Positions 45,379 to 55,819 of a stretch of 64,000 nt of DNA are shown piece by piece (position 1 is the stretch's first letter; each line of letters starts with the position of its first letter). The translations under genes and the position numbers were made by a program. The stretch lies in the NCBI GenBank assembly GCA_963703345.1, contig OY969814.1, forward strand, positions 736,001 through 800,000, in the 5' to 3' direction. The notes beneath the pieces are model-generated. The model searched no databases, was not told the origin of the DNA, and worked only from the letters and a program-made list of their open reading frames with translations. The stretch comes from an uncultured Chloroflexia bacterium (GTDB lineage Bacteria; Chloroflexota; Dehalococcoidia; DSTF01; JALHUB01).

Positions 45379-45441
45379 ATTATGGGCCATGAACATAATG
45401 ATGTCAAGAGACTTGACAATGGTGTGTCATACTAATAGTCT
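45379..45441. promoter_or_regulatory. Back-to-back divergent sigma70 promoters (dnaJ operon / hsp20)
   Basis: TGTCAAG-AGA-CTTGACA; TTGACA-17-CATAAT on minus and TTGACA-17-TAGTCT on plus. Confidence 0.8.
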
Positions 45442-45556
45442 ATGATTGGAACGCGAAAGTTGCCGAGCAGGCAATGATTGTGAAGGCCGCCCCTGCGACG
45501 ATGAGAGGTGACAAAGTCGGAAGGGTGAGCAATGAGAAAGGTGGAGGTGAACATCA

Positions 45557-46024
45557 ATGGCTGACATAGTTCGATGGGACCCCTATCGCGAGATGGCCAG
45601 GATGACGCGGATGATGGACCGCATGTTTGACGAGATGCCTCACATCTGGCGCAGCGAGTTCGACGGCGGCGAGGGGACGTTCCCGCTCGATCTCTACGAG
45701 ACCGACAACGAGATCGTCCTCAGGGCGACGCTGCCCGGCGTGAAGCCGGAAGACGTTGACATCACTATCAGCGGCGATCTGTTGACCATCAAGGGCGAGA
45801 CGAAGCGGGAGGAAGAGAAGAAGCGCCGGAACTACTACCGACAGGAGTCGTGGTACGGCAGCTTTGTCCGGTCGATAACCCTGCCGACGCAGGTGAACGC
45901 GGACAAGGCGGAGGCGGTGTTCGAGGACGGCGTTCTGAAGCTGACGATCCCCAAGGCGGAGTCGGCGCGGCCGAAGACGATCACCGTGAAGCCGCAGAAG
46001 ATGATGGAGGCGCCGAAGAAGTAG
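45557..46024 (+). CDS. Small heat-shock protein Hsp20
   Basis: DLYET, LPGV, YGSFVRSITLP and FEDGVLKLTIPK motifs. Confidence 0.95.
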   Translation: MADIVRWDPYREMARMTRMMDRMFDEMPHIWRSEFDGGEGTFPLDLYETDNEIVLRATLPGVKPEDVDITISGDLLTIKGETKREEEKKRRNYYRQESWYGSFVRSITLPTQVNADKAEAVFEDGVLKLTIPKAESARPKTITVKPQKMMEAPKK

Positions 46025-46164
46025 CCGTCGTCCAGCGCTATCGATAGCGAGGCTGGGTCCGCCCGTGGGCGAACCGGGCCTCTTTCTATCTCCCCTCGTT
46101 TGACCCTCGAATTGGGCAATGGCAAACTGGAATCGGGCCAAAGCAGCGCCCAAGAGGAAAACGC

Positions 46165-47355
46165 ATGTCCGATCTCCCGCCGGCGCCTGCCGACAGGCAT
46201 GGCAGGCGACACGCCGCGCTCCGTCGGTCCTGGCCGCTTGTCCCCGCCCTCCTGATGCTCGTCGTCTTCGGCGTCGGACTCTCCTGCACAACCGACGGAC
46301 GCGCCGCCGTAACCAGCGCCTTCTTCCTCCCCGACATGATGGCGCCTCTGCCCATCCGTCCCGTCACCTGGACGACCAGCACGCCCGTCAAGGAGTCGAT
46401 CACCATCCACTACGGCTCGAAGGAGATGCCCGCGGACGTCTATCGCCCGGGCGACGGCGGACAGCACGGTGCTATGATCCTCTCGCCGGGAGCGCCGCCG
46501 CTGGCGCCCGACGACTCGCGGCTGCTGCGCCTCGCCGGCGACGTGGCGCGGGCGGGCTTCGTAATGCTGGTCCCGTTCTCGCCCGACCTGGAGGACGAGA
46601 TGATCTACCCCAGCGAGGTGGACGCGCTGGTGAGCGACTTCCAATACCTGGAGGCGCAGCCGTACGTGAAGCCGGACAAGATCGGCTTCATCGGCGTTAG
46701 CGTCGGCGCGCCGCTGGCGCTGCTCGCCGCCTCCGACTCGCGCATCAACGACCAGGTGTCCTACGTCGTCTCCTTCGGCGGCTACTACGATGCCAACGAC
46801 GTCCTCAAGGCAACCACTACCCAGACCATCTCCTACGACGGCGTCAATGAGACCTGGCAGCCGAGCGGCCACACCGTCGCGGTCATGTACGAGCAGATCA
46901 TCAACCGGCTGGACGACGCCTACGACCGCGACGTCCTCAAGAGCGTGCTGATCGACGGCGATCCGAAGGCCGCGGACGGACTGCACATGATGACGCCGGA
47001 AGGATGGGCCGCCTACAACCTCCTGACAAACACCGATCCGGCCCGCGAAGAGGCGCTTTTGCAGCAGTTGCCGGCGGCGCCGCGGCAGGCGCTCAGCGAC
47101 TTATCACTGGACGGCAAGGTATCGGGGCTGCGCGCGGAGACGTTCATCCTCCACGACAAGACGGACCACTACGTGCCGTACACGGAGTCGCGGCGGCTGC
47201 GCGACGCCCTTCAGGGGCAGGTGAAGCTGCACTTCACCGAGGTCGATATCTTCGAGCACGTGGAGCCGACGATCAACCGCTCAGCGCACACGCTCATCAC
47301 CGACAGCGCGAAGCTATACTTCTATCTCTTCCAGATCCTGACCCGTTTCCGCTGA
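46165..47355 (+). CDS. Membrane-anchored alpha/beta hydrolase
   Basis: GVSVG nucleophile elbow, HDKTD and FEH motifs. Confidence 0.75.
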   Translation: MSDLPPAPADRHGRRHAALRRSWPLVPALLMLVVFGVGLSCTTDGRAAVTSAFFLPDMMAPLPIRPVTWTTSTPVKESITIHYGSKEMPADVYRPGDGGQHGAMILSPGAPPLAPDDSRLLRLAGDVARAGFVMLVPFSPDLEDEMIYPSEVDALVSDFQYLEAQPYVKPDKIGFIGVSVGAPLALLAASDSRINDQVSYVVSFGGYYDANDVLKATTTQTISYDGVNETWQPSGHTVAVMYEQIINRLDDAYDRDVLKSVLIDGDPKAADGLHMMTPEGWAAYNLLTNTDPAREEALLQQLPAAPRQALSDLSLDGKVSGLRAETFILHDKTDHYVPYTESRRLRDALQGQVKLHFTEVDIFEHVEPTINRSAHTLITDSAKLYFYLFQILTRFR

Positions 47356-47483
47356 CGGGCCCTGCCGGGCGGAAGTCCTTGACATTCTGCTGAACGTGGG
47401 TGAATACTGCCTTTGAGGTTACCCGTATTTCCGGAATTCGTGGTCTACTACGGCGGCGAATCTAAGGATTCGGACAAGGTTCA

Positions 47484-47771
47484 ATGGCGAAGTGGAGTCT
47501 TCTCACCAATCATGCGCTGGTGTTGATTGAAGTTGGGCGGCACCCGCACTCCACGCTGCGTGAGATAGCGATGTCGGCGGGAATAACGGAGCGAGCCGCT
47601 CTGTCGATCCTGCGCGCTTTGGAGGAGGATGGGCTCATCAGCCGCGAACGCCTGGGACGGCGCAATCGCTACTGGCTGCACTACGGCGCGATCCTGCGGG
47701 AGCATCGGGAGGGTGGCCTGACGATATTGCAGCTAGCGGAGCTCCTGGGGGACATCGCAAGCCGCGCCTAG
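47484..47771 (+). CDS. Winged-helix DNA-binding protein
   Basis: WSLLTNH...LREIA...GITERA...R.GRRN.Y. Confidence 0.85.
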   Translation: MAKWSLLTNHALVLIEVGRHPHSTLREIAMSAGITERAALSILRALEEDGLISRERLGRRNRYWLHYGAILREHREGGLTILQLAELLGDIASRA

Positions 47772-47800
47772 CCGCGGGCGGGCGGGCGTTTGCGTTAGAT

Positions 47801-47825
47801 GCCGAGGCTGGAAAGCCTCGGCTAC
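47801..47825 (-). repeat. GTAG-type REP-like hairpin
   Basis: GTAGCCGAGGCTTTCCAGCCTCGGC. Confidence 0.6.
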
Positions 47826-47849
47826 GTGTTCTTCCTGGCTATCGCTCTC

Positions 47850-49103
47850 CTAGTAATCCCCGCGTTCCCAGGCCGCGGCGTAGCCCATGCCGCTGCCCTG
47901 GCAGAGCGTCGTCAGGGCCCAGCGGCCGCCATGCTGACGTAGCTGGAAGCCGGCGGTCGTCACCAGGCGAGCGCCGGAAGCGCCCAGCGGGTGGCCCAGG
48001 GCGATTGCGCCGCCCCAGCGATTGATCCTCTCGACGACCTCATCCGACGCCTTGAGCTCCCTGATCCAGTAGTTGATGACGCAGGAAAAGGCCTCGTTCA
48101 GCTCGATGACGTCGAAGTCCTCCAGCTTCATGCCGGTGCGCTTGAGCAGCTTGGCCGTGGCCCAGCGCGGCCCGACGCCCATGACGTAGGGGTCGACGCC
48201 GATGGTCGCGGAGTGGCGGTAGGTCAGGAGAGGCTTCCAGCCGCGCTCTTTAGCGATCTCTTTCGTCGTGATGAGCGTGAGCGACGCGCCGTCGTTGCGA
48301 GGGCAGGAGTTGCCGGCGGTGACGAAGCCGTCCTCCTTCATGATCGGCCGGAGCTGGCTGAGCGCGTCCAGGTTGGTCCCCCGGCGCGGGCCCTGATCCT
48401 GGCTGATCGTCTCGCTGGAGCCATCCTTGTAGTTGATGGTTATGGGCATAATCTCGCTGTCGAAGTTCCCGGCGTCCTGGGCGGCCACGGCGAGGGAATG
48501 GCTGCGCAGCGCCCACTCGTCCGCCTCTTTGCGTGTGATGCTGAACTGGGCGTGGAGGTTCTCGGCGGTCCAGAGCATGTTCATGAGGCGCTGGTCTTTG
48601 AGCTCGAACCACCAGGGAAGCAGTTCAGCATCCTTCCAGTCGTCGGGATAGGGCGTGTCGGTTACCGGCGGGACGGGACCGGGGAAGACGCGAGGCGGCG
48701 CTGGCTTTCCGGCCGCCTCCTCCGGCGGGACGACGCCCTGGCGGTCCATCGTCTCGATGCCGCCGGCGAGAATGATGTCCGCGCCGCCGCAAGCGACGCA
48801 CTGGCAGGCCTCGACGGTGGTCTGAAGGGAGCTGGCGCACTGCGTGTTAACGTCCGTGCCCCAGATGCTGTCGGGGAGGCCGGCCTCGATCATGTAGGTG
48901 CGGGCCTTCGTGCTTCGGGACGCCAGGTGGACGGAGCCCATGTGGACTTCGTCGACGTCGCGGGCGTCGAGGTTATTTCGACGGACTATCTCCTTGAGCA
49001 GCGGGACCATCAGGTCGACGTGGGATATGGCGCGGAAGACTCCGCGACGGCCGGCGCGGCCGAAGGGGGTACGAAGGCCATCTACGACAACTGCTTCTCG
49101 CAT
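47850..49103 (-). CDS. Thiolase (acetyl-CoA C-acyltransferase)
   Basis: QCASS, NEAF, GHPLGASG and LCQG motifs. Confidence 0.93.
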   Translation of the reverse strand: MREAVVVDGLRTPFGRAGRRGVFRAISHVDLMVPLLKEIVRRNNLDARDVDEVHMGSVHLASRSTKARTYMIEAGLPDSIWGTDVNTQCASSLQTTVEACQCVACGGADIILAGGIETMDRQGVVPPEEAAGKPAPPRVFPGPVPPVTDTPYPDDWKDAELLPWWFELKDQRLMNMLWTAENLHAQFSITRKEADEWALRSHSLAVAAQDAGNFDSEIMPITINYKDGSSETISQDQGPRRGTNLDALSQLRPIMKEDGFVTAGNSCPRNDGASLTLITTKEIAKERGWKPLLTYRHSATIGVDPYVMGVGPRWATAKLLKRTGMKLEDFDVIELNEAFSCVINYWIRELKASDEVVERINRWGGAIALGHPLGASGARLVTTAGFQLRQHGGRWALTTLCQGSGMGYAAAWERGDY

Positions 49104-49260
49104 GATCGCAATCTCCTTCTCAAGATCGCTGTTTCAAAGGCAAGGCAAGCATATTAGGGGTGTCTTCACAGGTCAAACGCGCACCCCGGCAAAACGAGAG
49201 GGCCGGACGACAAGTCCGGCCCTCAGCGTTGTTCTCTTTTGCCCTCGCGGGTGGTCAGGC

Positions 49261-50511
49261 CTAGTAGTCTTCGCGCTCCCAGGCGGCGGCGTAGCCCATG
49301 CCCAGGCCCTGGCAGAGCGTGGTGAGCGCCCAGCGCCCGCCGTTGGCCTTGAGCTGGTGCGCCGACGTGGTGATGAGGCGCGGGCCGGTTCCGCCGAGCG
49401 GGTGCCCGATGGCAATGGCGCCGCCCCAGGGGTTGATGCGCTCGATCATCTTGTCGGACATGTTGAACTCGTGGATGAAGTAGTTGACGACGCAGGCGAA
49501 GGCCTCGTTGCACTCGATCACGTCGAAGTCTTCCAGCTTCATGTTGTTGCGTTCGAGCAGCTTCTTCGTCGCCCAGCGCGGGCCGATGCCCATGACGTCG
49601 GGGTCAACGCCGACGGCGGCGGAGGCGCGATAGGTCAGCATCGGCTTCCAGCCATGCTGCTTGGCGATCTCCTTGGTGGTCACCAGGCAGAGGGTAGCGC
49701 CGTCGTTCTGCGGGCAGGAGTTGCCGGCGGTAACGTAGCCGTCCTCTTTGAAGACGGGTCGCAGTCCGGCAAGCGCCTCCATGTTGGTCTCGCGACGCGG
49801 GCCCTGGTCCTTGCTAATCGTCTCGCTGCTGCCGTCCTTGTAGTTGATGGTGACGGGCATGATCTCGTCGTCGAAGCGGCCGGCGTCCTGGGCGTTGCAG
49901 GCGAGTTGCTGACTGCGCAGCGACCATTCGTCCGCCTCCTGGCGGGTGACGCCGTAGCGCGAGTGGAGGTTCTCAGCGGTGTATAGCATGTTGAAGATCT
50001 GCGGGTTCTTGACCGCGTACCACGGAGGCAAGAGCTCGGCATCTTTCCACTCGGGCGGATACGCCAGGTCGGACTTGGGCGGCATGAGCAGAGCGGCCAT
50101 TCCCCCGCCCTTCTGTCCGGCCATCTCCTCCGGAGTGGTCATGCCCTGGCGGCCCATAGTCTCGACGCCGGCGGCGAGGATTATGTCGGCCGAGCCGGCC
50201 ATGATCCTTTCGCATGCCTCGGCGGTCGTGTGAAGGCCGCTGGCGCACTGCGTGTTGACGTCGGAGCCCCAGATGTTGTCGCCGAAACCGGCTTCGAAGA
50301 GGTACTGGCGGCACTTGCTCATCGGCGTGACCAGGCCGGCGGAGCCGACGTGGAACTCGTCGATGTCCTTGGGGTCGAGGTTGTTGCGCTTGAGCATGTG
50401 CTTGATGAGGGGCACCATTAGCTCTGAGTGGGTGATGGAGCGGAACATTCCCCTTCTGCCCGCGCGCCCGAACGGCGTCCTCACGCCGTCAACTACTACT
50501 GCTTCTCTCAT
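49261..50511 (-). CDS. Thiolase, tandem paralog
   Basis: QCASG, NEAF, GHPLGGTG and LCQG motifs. Confidence 0.93.
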   Translation of the reverse strand: MREAVVVDGVRTPFGRAGRRGMFRSITHSELMVPLIKHMLKRNNLDPKDIDEFHVGSAGLVTPMSKCRQYLFEAGFGDNIWGSDVNTQCASGLHTTAEACERIMAGSADIILAAGVETMGRQGMTTPEEMAGQKGGGMAALLMPPKSDLAYPPEWKDAELLPPWYAVKNPQIFNMLYTAENLHSRYGVTRQEADEWSLRSQQLACNAQDAGRFDDEIMPVTINYKDGSSETISKDQGPRRETNMEALAGLRPVFKEDGYVTAGNSCPQNDGATLCLVTTKEIAKQHGWKPMLTYRASAAVGVDPDVMGIGPRWATKKLLERNNMKLEDFDVIECNEAFACVVNYFIHEFNMSDKMIERINPWGGAIAIGHPLGGTGPRLITTSAHQLKANGGRWALTTLCQGLGMGYAAAWEREDY

Positions 50512-50607
50512 TGCAGAAACTCCTCCCTTTCAAGAGTGGCATTACTGTGGCCTACGAGATCAGGATAGGAGAGGAGGCCGTTATTGGTCAACATATTGTG
50601 CGCTGTT

Positions 50608-52092
50608 TCACGTGCTCAGTTCTTCGAAGAGGGGAGCGAAGTCGAGGCCCGAGTAGCCGATGTGCCGCGCCAGGTCTTGCACGGGGAGCCGCTGTCCCAT
50701 CGACCATAGTTCTTTGAGGCGCTCTCCCGCTTGCGCGCTGAGGAACCACTGCTCGCCCGCGTCGCCTTGCAGCCGACGGCGTAGCTGCGCCTCGAAGGCC
50801 CAGGCGCGAAGGTAGCGGGCGCAGTAGAAGCCGTCGTCGACGTCGAACAGGTAGTCGGCGGGGCTGTAGCGGACTCCGAGGCGGGCCGTAAGGAGGTCGG
50901 CGTAGCGCTTGGCCTTGGAGCGGACATCGCTGCTCCGGTGCAGCTCGAGCTCGTAGAGCAGCTTCGTGGCGTAGCGCCGCAACATGTACAGCTTGACGAA
51001 GCGCTTGAAGGCGACGAACCCGGCTGGGTCGCGCCAGCCGAGGCGCTGCTCCAGCCAGGCGGCGTCGTATGTCAGGTGCTCGACGAGGAAGGCGAAGGCC
51101 TCGGTGACGGAGTTGTCGCCCAGGCCGCGCGCGGCGAACGGCAGGACGCGGTCGGCGTGGGCGAAGTGTTCGGTGTGGCCCGCTTCGTGGAAGAGCGCCG
51201 CGTAGTCGTCCTGGCCGCCGTGCGGGTTGATAACGAGCATGACCTCGTCGGGGATGACGATCGGAGCGCAGAAGGCGCGCGGCGACTTCTGGGGTCGCGG
51301 CTCGACGTCGAGGCGGACGTTTTTCTGGCGCTGGAGGTTGACTCCCAGCGGGAGCAGCGTCTCAGTGAGCGCGGGGATGAGGCGCTCTGATGTGAAGTAG
51401 GCATCGAACTGAGGCGAGCGGAAGAGGTAGGCGAGATCGCTTCGTCCGGCGTCCGGCGGCGCGACGCCTATCTCCTGCAGGCGGCGCCCCAGCTCCAGGC
51501 GATACGCTTTCTCGCTATCCCAGAGGAACGCTTCGAGCGGCGCCGCCAGGGCGTCGAGCTCCAGCCCGCCGAGGTCCTCGCAGAGAGCGGCGTAGTCCGC
51601 ATAGCCCAGGCCGCGCGCCTCCGCCTGAAGAACGCCCCAGCGCTGCTCCCGAAGAGGGTTCTGGGCGGCCGTGAGCTCCAGCCGCAGGCCTTCGATCCGG
51701 CGGCGACGCTCCGCGTCGGGCTCGTTTGCCGTGAGGACCGGCAGGGCGCGGTAAGGGACCTCGTTGCCGTCCCACGTGGTCGTGTCGCCGGTCTCGCGGG
51801 CGGCGATCGCCTCGCTGAGCGACTTTGCGGCGTTCTCCAGGTAGCCTTCGACGGCGAAGGCGCGCAGCGGCTGCCGGCGAGGGTCGTCAAGCCGCGCTTC
51901 GGCAAGCGCGTCGAGCGTCTCTTTCGAGAACAGCGCGGCGTGGCGCTCGAAGATGGGGACGATGGACAGCTCTTCCTTGAGGCCGGCGCCGTTCAGGTAG
52001 TACTCGCGGGTGAGGTCGCGGTTGAACGTCTCCGCTTCGGCGTCCAGGCGATCGAGCAGCGAATCGGTAGCTGGGCCGCGTTTGGCCGGCAA
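50608..52092 (-). CDS. M3-like (gluzincin) metallopeptidase
   Basis: KSPRAFC, FHEAGH and TEAFA motifs; start approximate. Confidence 0.75.
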   Translation of the reverse strand: MPAKRGPATDSLLDRLDAEAETFNRDLTREYYLNGAGLKEELSIVPIFERHAALFSKETLDALAEARLDDPRRQPLRAFAVEGYLENAAKSLSEAIAARETGDTTTWDGNEVPYRALPVLTANEPDAERRRRIEGLRLELTAAQNPLREQRWGVLQAEARGLGYADYAALCEDLGGLELDALAAPLEAFLWDSEKAYRLELGRRLQEIGVAPPDAGRSDLAYLFRSPQFDAYFTSERLIPALTETLLPLGVNLQRQKNVRLDVEPRPQKSPRAFCAPIVIPDEVMLVINPHGGQDDYAALFHEAGHTEHFAHADRVLPFAARGLGDNSVTEAFAFLVEHLTYDAAWLEQRLGWRDPAGFVAFKRFVKLYMLRRYATKLLYELELHRSSDVRSKAKRYADLLTARLGVRYSPADYLFDVDDGFYCARYLRAWAFEAQLRRRLQGDAGEQWFLSAQAGERLKELWSMGQRLPVQDLARHIGYSGLDFAPLFEELST

Positions 52093-52105
52093 AGGCTCCC
52101 TCCTC

Positions 52106-52558
52106 CTACGGCCTGTCGAGGTTCACGATCTCCGCGCTTGCTCGCCCATCGTCGATGCGGAGCAGCGCCACCGAGCGCCCGGCGAAGGTGAGCGTCTTGC
52201 CCGCCGCGCCGGGGTTGACGTACAGGATACCGCCTTTCTCGTTGACGAGCGAGCGGTGGGTGTGGCCCTGGACGACGACGCGGACGTTGGGGCCGGGCCG
52301 GGCGTCCTGCGGTCGGTGCACGAGGTAGACGGTCAGGCCGCCGATTCGAAGCGTCGCATCCGCCGGGAAGCGGGCGGCGATGAGCGGGTTGTCCATGTTG
52401 CCGTGGACGGCGACGACGGGCGCTATCTCCTCCAGACGGGCGATGACTGCGAGGTCGCCGATATCGCCGGCGTGGAGGATACGTTCGACGCCGCGGAAGA
52501 CGTCGGGAAGGCGTGGGTCGAAGTGGCCGTGGGTGTCGGAGACAAGACCTACAAGCAT
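52106..52558 (-). CDS. YfcE-like metallophosphoesterase
   Basis: SDTHG, HAGD, GNMD, GHTH and NPG motifs. Confidence 0.92.
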   Translation of the reverse strand: MLVGLVSDTHGHFDPRLPDVFRGVERILHAGDIGDLAVIARLEEIAPVVAVHGNMDNPLIAARFPADATLRIGGLTVYLVHRPQDARPGPNVRVVVQGHTHRSLVNEKGGILYVNPGAAGKTLTFAGRSVALLRIDDGRASAEIVNLDRP

Positions 52559-52571
52559 CGCAGGCGTGGCG

Positions 52572-53552
52572 TCAGGTCGAGAGGCGTCCGTGAGCCGCAT
52601 CGAGGGAGATGGCGGCGGCGCCCATGGCGGCCGATCGGTCGCCCAGCGCGCCGAGAACGATGCGCACGTCCCGCCAGGCCTGCTCGAAGCACTCGCGCTG
52701 CGCCGTCTCCCGCGCCGGTCCTAGATACGGCTCGCCGATCTTCGTCAGGCTGCCGCCGAGGACGATGACCTCCGGATTGAAGACGTTGATGAGGCTTCCG
52801 AGGCCGACGCCGAGGTCGCGGCCGGCGGCGGCGATGAGCTCCCGCGCGCCATCGTCGCCCTGCTCGGCGGCCTGCTGGATGAGCTTCGCGGTCAGGGGCT
52901 GCTCGCGGGCCATGCGGGCAAGGAGCGAGTCGGGGCGTCGCGCGACAAGACGGCGACCGCGTCTCGCGATGGCAAGTCCGGAGGCGTACATCTCCAGGCA
53001 GCCGCGTCGACCGCAGTGGCAACGGGCGCCGCGGGTGTTTATCGTCATGTGGCCCACCTCGCCGGCCGCGCCCGAAGCGCCGCGGTAGAGGGCGCCGTCG
53101 ATGACGATGCCGCCGCCGATGCCGCTACTCAGGGTGAGGAAGAGCATATGGCCGGAGCCGCGACCGGCGCCCCAGCGGTGCTCGGCGAGAGCGGAGGCGT
53201 TAGCGTCGTTCTCCAGGACGCAGGGTACGCCGAACTCCTTGCCGAGGAGCGCGGCCAGCGGGACGTCGTGCCAGCCGGGCAGGTTCGGCGGTTCAGTGAT
53301 GACGCCCCGGTCGTAATCGACGGGCCCCGGCGCGTCGACGCCGACGGCGACAAGCTCGTCGATGCTTCCGTTCGCCATCGCCTGCCGCAGGGAAGCGATC
53401 ATGTGAGCGATGACGGCGGCGGGCCCCTCGCTGCCGTTCGTCGGGCGTATGTCCTCGGCCAGTACGTCGCCGCTGTGGGAGACGACGACGGAAAGTATCT
53501 TCGTGGCGCCGAGGTCGATGCCGCCGATGGGGAGTTGGTTCCTTCCGCTCAC
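52572..53552 (-). CDS. ROK-family sugar kinase
   Basis: IDLGATK, ENDAN, GEVGH and CHCGRRGCLE motifs. Confidence 0.93.
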   Translation of the reverse strand: MSGRNQLPIGGIDLGATKILSVVVSHSGDVLAEDIRPTNGSEGPAAVIAHMIASLRQAMANGSIDELVAVGVDAPGPVDYDRGVITEPPNLPGWHDVPLAALLGKEFGVPCVLENDANASALAEHRWGAGRGSGHMLFLTLSSGIGGGIVIDGALYRGASGAAGEVGHMTINTRGARCHCGRRGCLEMYASGLAIARRGRRLVARRPDSLLARMAREQPLTAKLIQQAAEQGDDGARELIAAAGRDLGVGLGSLINVFNPEVIVLGGSLTKIGEPYLGPARETAQRECFEQAWRDVRIVLGALGDRSAAMGAAAISLDAAHGRLST

Positions 53553-53618
53553 GGTCAGACTGTAACCGCGGGCAAAGGATGAGACAAGAGGCGAAGCGTC
53601 GAATCCCGCACCCGGGCT

Positions 53619-55613
53619 TTACTGCGGACTGACTGACGCCGCTTCGCCTCTGCCCGCCGCTCGCAGGATCAGCGGCGCCAGCCAGCGCGCCACCGGGACG
53701 GATCCGGCGGCGGTGAAATGGCCGCCGTCCAATCGCAGCTTGACGCCGTCGATTTCGATATCGGAATACTTGCCTTCCGGGCAGACGAAGTGGTTCATGT
53801 CCGCCAGGACAACCTGGTCGGGGTGCTCATCGGCGAACTGGCGGTAGACGTCGTTCACGTTGTGTATGCGCTGCCAGGCGTCGTGCTCCAGCTCGTCGGC
53901 GTTGGAGAGCTGCGACCAGGCGGGCGGCCGGTAGTACGGATAGGTCAGCACCACGAACCTCGTCGCTCCCTGCGAGGTGAACAGCGCGAAGTTCTTCTCC
54001 AACCCGCTCATAAACACGTCGTGCCATCCCGGCGATCCGGCCTCGAACAACTGCCCGTTGAGCTCCAGGGTATAGCCGTCCCAGGGACCAAAAGCCCAGA
54101 CGACGATGTCGGGGTGAAAAGCGCTCACCTCATCGGGCCAGGTTGCGTGCCAGCCGCGGCATATATTCGCGACTTCCTGCGAGCGATAAGTCTGCGGGTC
54201 CTGGCTGCTGGGGTCCGGCGCCCTGTCAAGATCGAGCGAGCCGCAGCCGGTGCCAACGACGTCCTTGATAGTCATGTTCTGTTGCGCCGCCAGCAGTCTC
54301 AGGCCGGGCAGCATCGAGTATCCTTCCGAGTCGCCCACCAGCATGACCCGCAGCGGCGGCAGGTTCGCCACCTCGGTCGGCAGCGGCTGCGGCGTTATGG
54401 CGAAGCTGGCAACCGAGGATACCGGGACGCGGGTAACAAGAACGATGACCACGCCCAGCGCCAGTGCTCCGCTCGGCGCGAACGTCCAGGCGACTTTCCG
54501 GTGGCGGAAGGCGCCGCGACGGATCGGCATCTCCAGGAAGTGATAGGAGGCGGTCGCGATCGCCAGCGTCGCCAGCACGCGGACGGCGAACACCTGATAG
54601 CCGTCCCAGCCGGTCAGCCCGGTCCGGCCCGGCGTGAGCACGAGATAGACGGGCCAGTGCCACAGATAGACGCCGTAGGAGATGAGGCCGAGGAGTCGCA
54701 GCGGCGGTAGGGAAAGTGCTCTGCCGGCGATTCCGGGCTCCGGCTGGACGGCGGCGGTGATGACGACGGCGACGCCCAGGGCGAGCAGCAAGAAGCCGCC
54801 GCGATATAGGAAGGTGTCGCTGCCGGAGGCGTGAACCCAGACCCAGCCAATGCCGACGGCGCACACGACGGCGGCGATCTGAAGCATCCATCTCGTGAAG
54901 CCATCGCGCAGTGGCCCAAGCTGTCCCAGCATCATCGCTAGAGAGGCGCCGATCAGCAGCGACTGCGCGCGCGTGTCGGTTCCGTAGTAGACGCGGGAAG
55001 GGTCGTGACCGGGGTGGAAGAGCAGCGCCATGAGAAGGGCGGACGCCGCGGCCATGACCAGGGTTACGCCGAGCAGCCGGCGAGGCGAGAGCCGGCTAAA
55101 GTGGAGGAGGCCCAGGAGCAGAAGGGGCCAGACGAGATAGTACTGCTCTTCGATGGCGAGCGACCAGGTGTGACGCAGGGGCGAGGGCAGCGTGAACTGG
55201 TCGAAGTAGGACTGACCCGCGAAAACCTGCCGCCAGTTGGCGACGTAGGCGATAGTGGCGACGGCGTCGGCGCGGATCTTCTCCATCTCGAGCTGGCCGG
55301 CAAGGGCGACGGCGTAGAAGGCGACGCCGATGAGCATGAGGAAGAGCGCCGGCAGAAGGCGCCTGGCCCGTCGCGTCCAGAAGGCGAGAAGGCCGATGCG
55401 ACCGCGGGCGTTCCACTCGGCGAGGAGGATGCTGGTGATGAGGTAGCCGCTCAGGACGAAGAAGGCGTCGACGCCGAGGAACCCGCCCTTCGCCCAGGGC
55501 AACCCCGCGTGGTAGGCGAGCACGGCGGCGACGGCCAGGGCGCGGATGCCGTCGAGGGCGGGCTTGTATGCGAGGGAGCGGTGGTCGCCGTCCGAAGGGT
55601 CGCTAGCTGGCAC
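53619..55613 (-). CDS. OatA-like O-acyltransferase (Acyl_transf_3 + SGNH)
   Basis: LDGIRA, FFVLSG, WSLAIEEQ, GDS and DGGH motifs. Confidence 0.92.
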   Translation of the reverse strand: MPASDPSDGDHRSLAYKPALDGIRALAVAAVLAYHAGLPWAKGGFLGVDAFFVLSGYLITSILLAEWNARGRIGLLAFWTRRARRLLPALFLMLIGVAFYAVALAGQLEMEKIRADAVATIAYVANWRQVFAGQSYFDQFTLPSPLRHTWSLAIEEQYYLVWPLLLLGLLHFSRLSPRRLLGVTLVMAAASALLMALLFHPGHDPSRVYYGTDTRAQSLLIGASLAMMLGQLGPLRDGFTRWMLQIAAVVCAVGIGWVWVHASGSDTFLYRGGFLLLALGVAVVITAAVQPEPGIAGRALSLPPLRLLGLISYGVYLWHWPVYLVLTPGRTGLTGWDGYQVFAVRVLATLAIATASYHFLEMPIRRGAFRHRKVAWTFAPSGALALGVVIVLVTRVPVSSVASFAITPQPLPTEVANLPPLRVMLVGDSEGYSMLPGLRLLAAQQNMTIKDVVGTGCGSLDLDRAPDPSSQDPQTYRSQEVANICRGWHATWPDEVSAFHPDIVVWAFGPWDGYTLELNGQLFEAGSPGWHDVFMSGLEKNFALFTSQGATRFVVLTYPYYRPPAWSQLSNADELEHDAWQRIHNVNDVYRQFADEHPDQVVLADMNHFVCPEGKYSDIEIDGVKLRLDGGHFTAAGSVPVARWLAPLILRAAGRGEAASVSPQ

Positions 55614-55731
55614 CTGTCATCATCCGTGACGGAGGTTGCGGCGGAGAACGAGACGCGAATTCGATGCGTTAGGCGTGATTCTACCACAGATATCGACGGT
55701 ATGCAGAGAGTGTTGGCGTCCTAGACGGGAG

Positions 55732-55754
55732 GTAGGGCGGATCGCGATCCGCCC
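55732..55754 (+). repeat. GTAG-type REP-like hairpin
   Basis: GTAGGGCGGATCGCGATCCGCCC. Confidence 0.65.
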
Positions 55755-55819
55755 CTGCAGGCCGGTGCGCCGGCTTGACAAGAGTTGAGTGGAGACGTAC
55801 TGTTCGGGCGAGCAACGAA

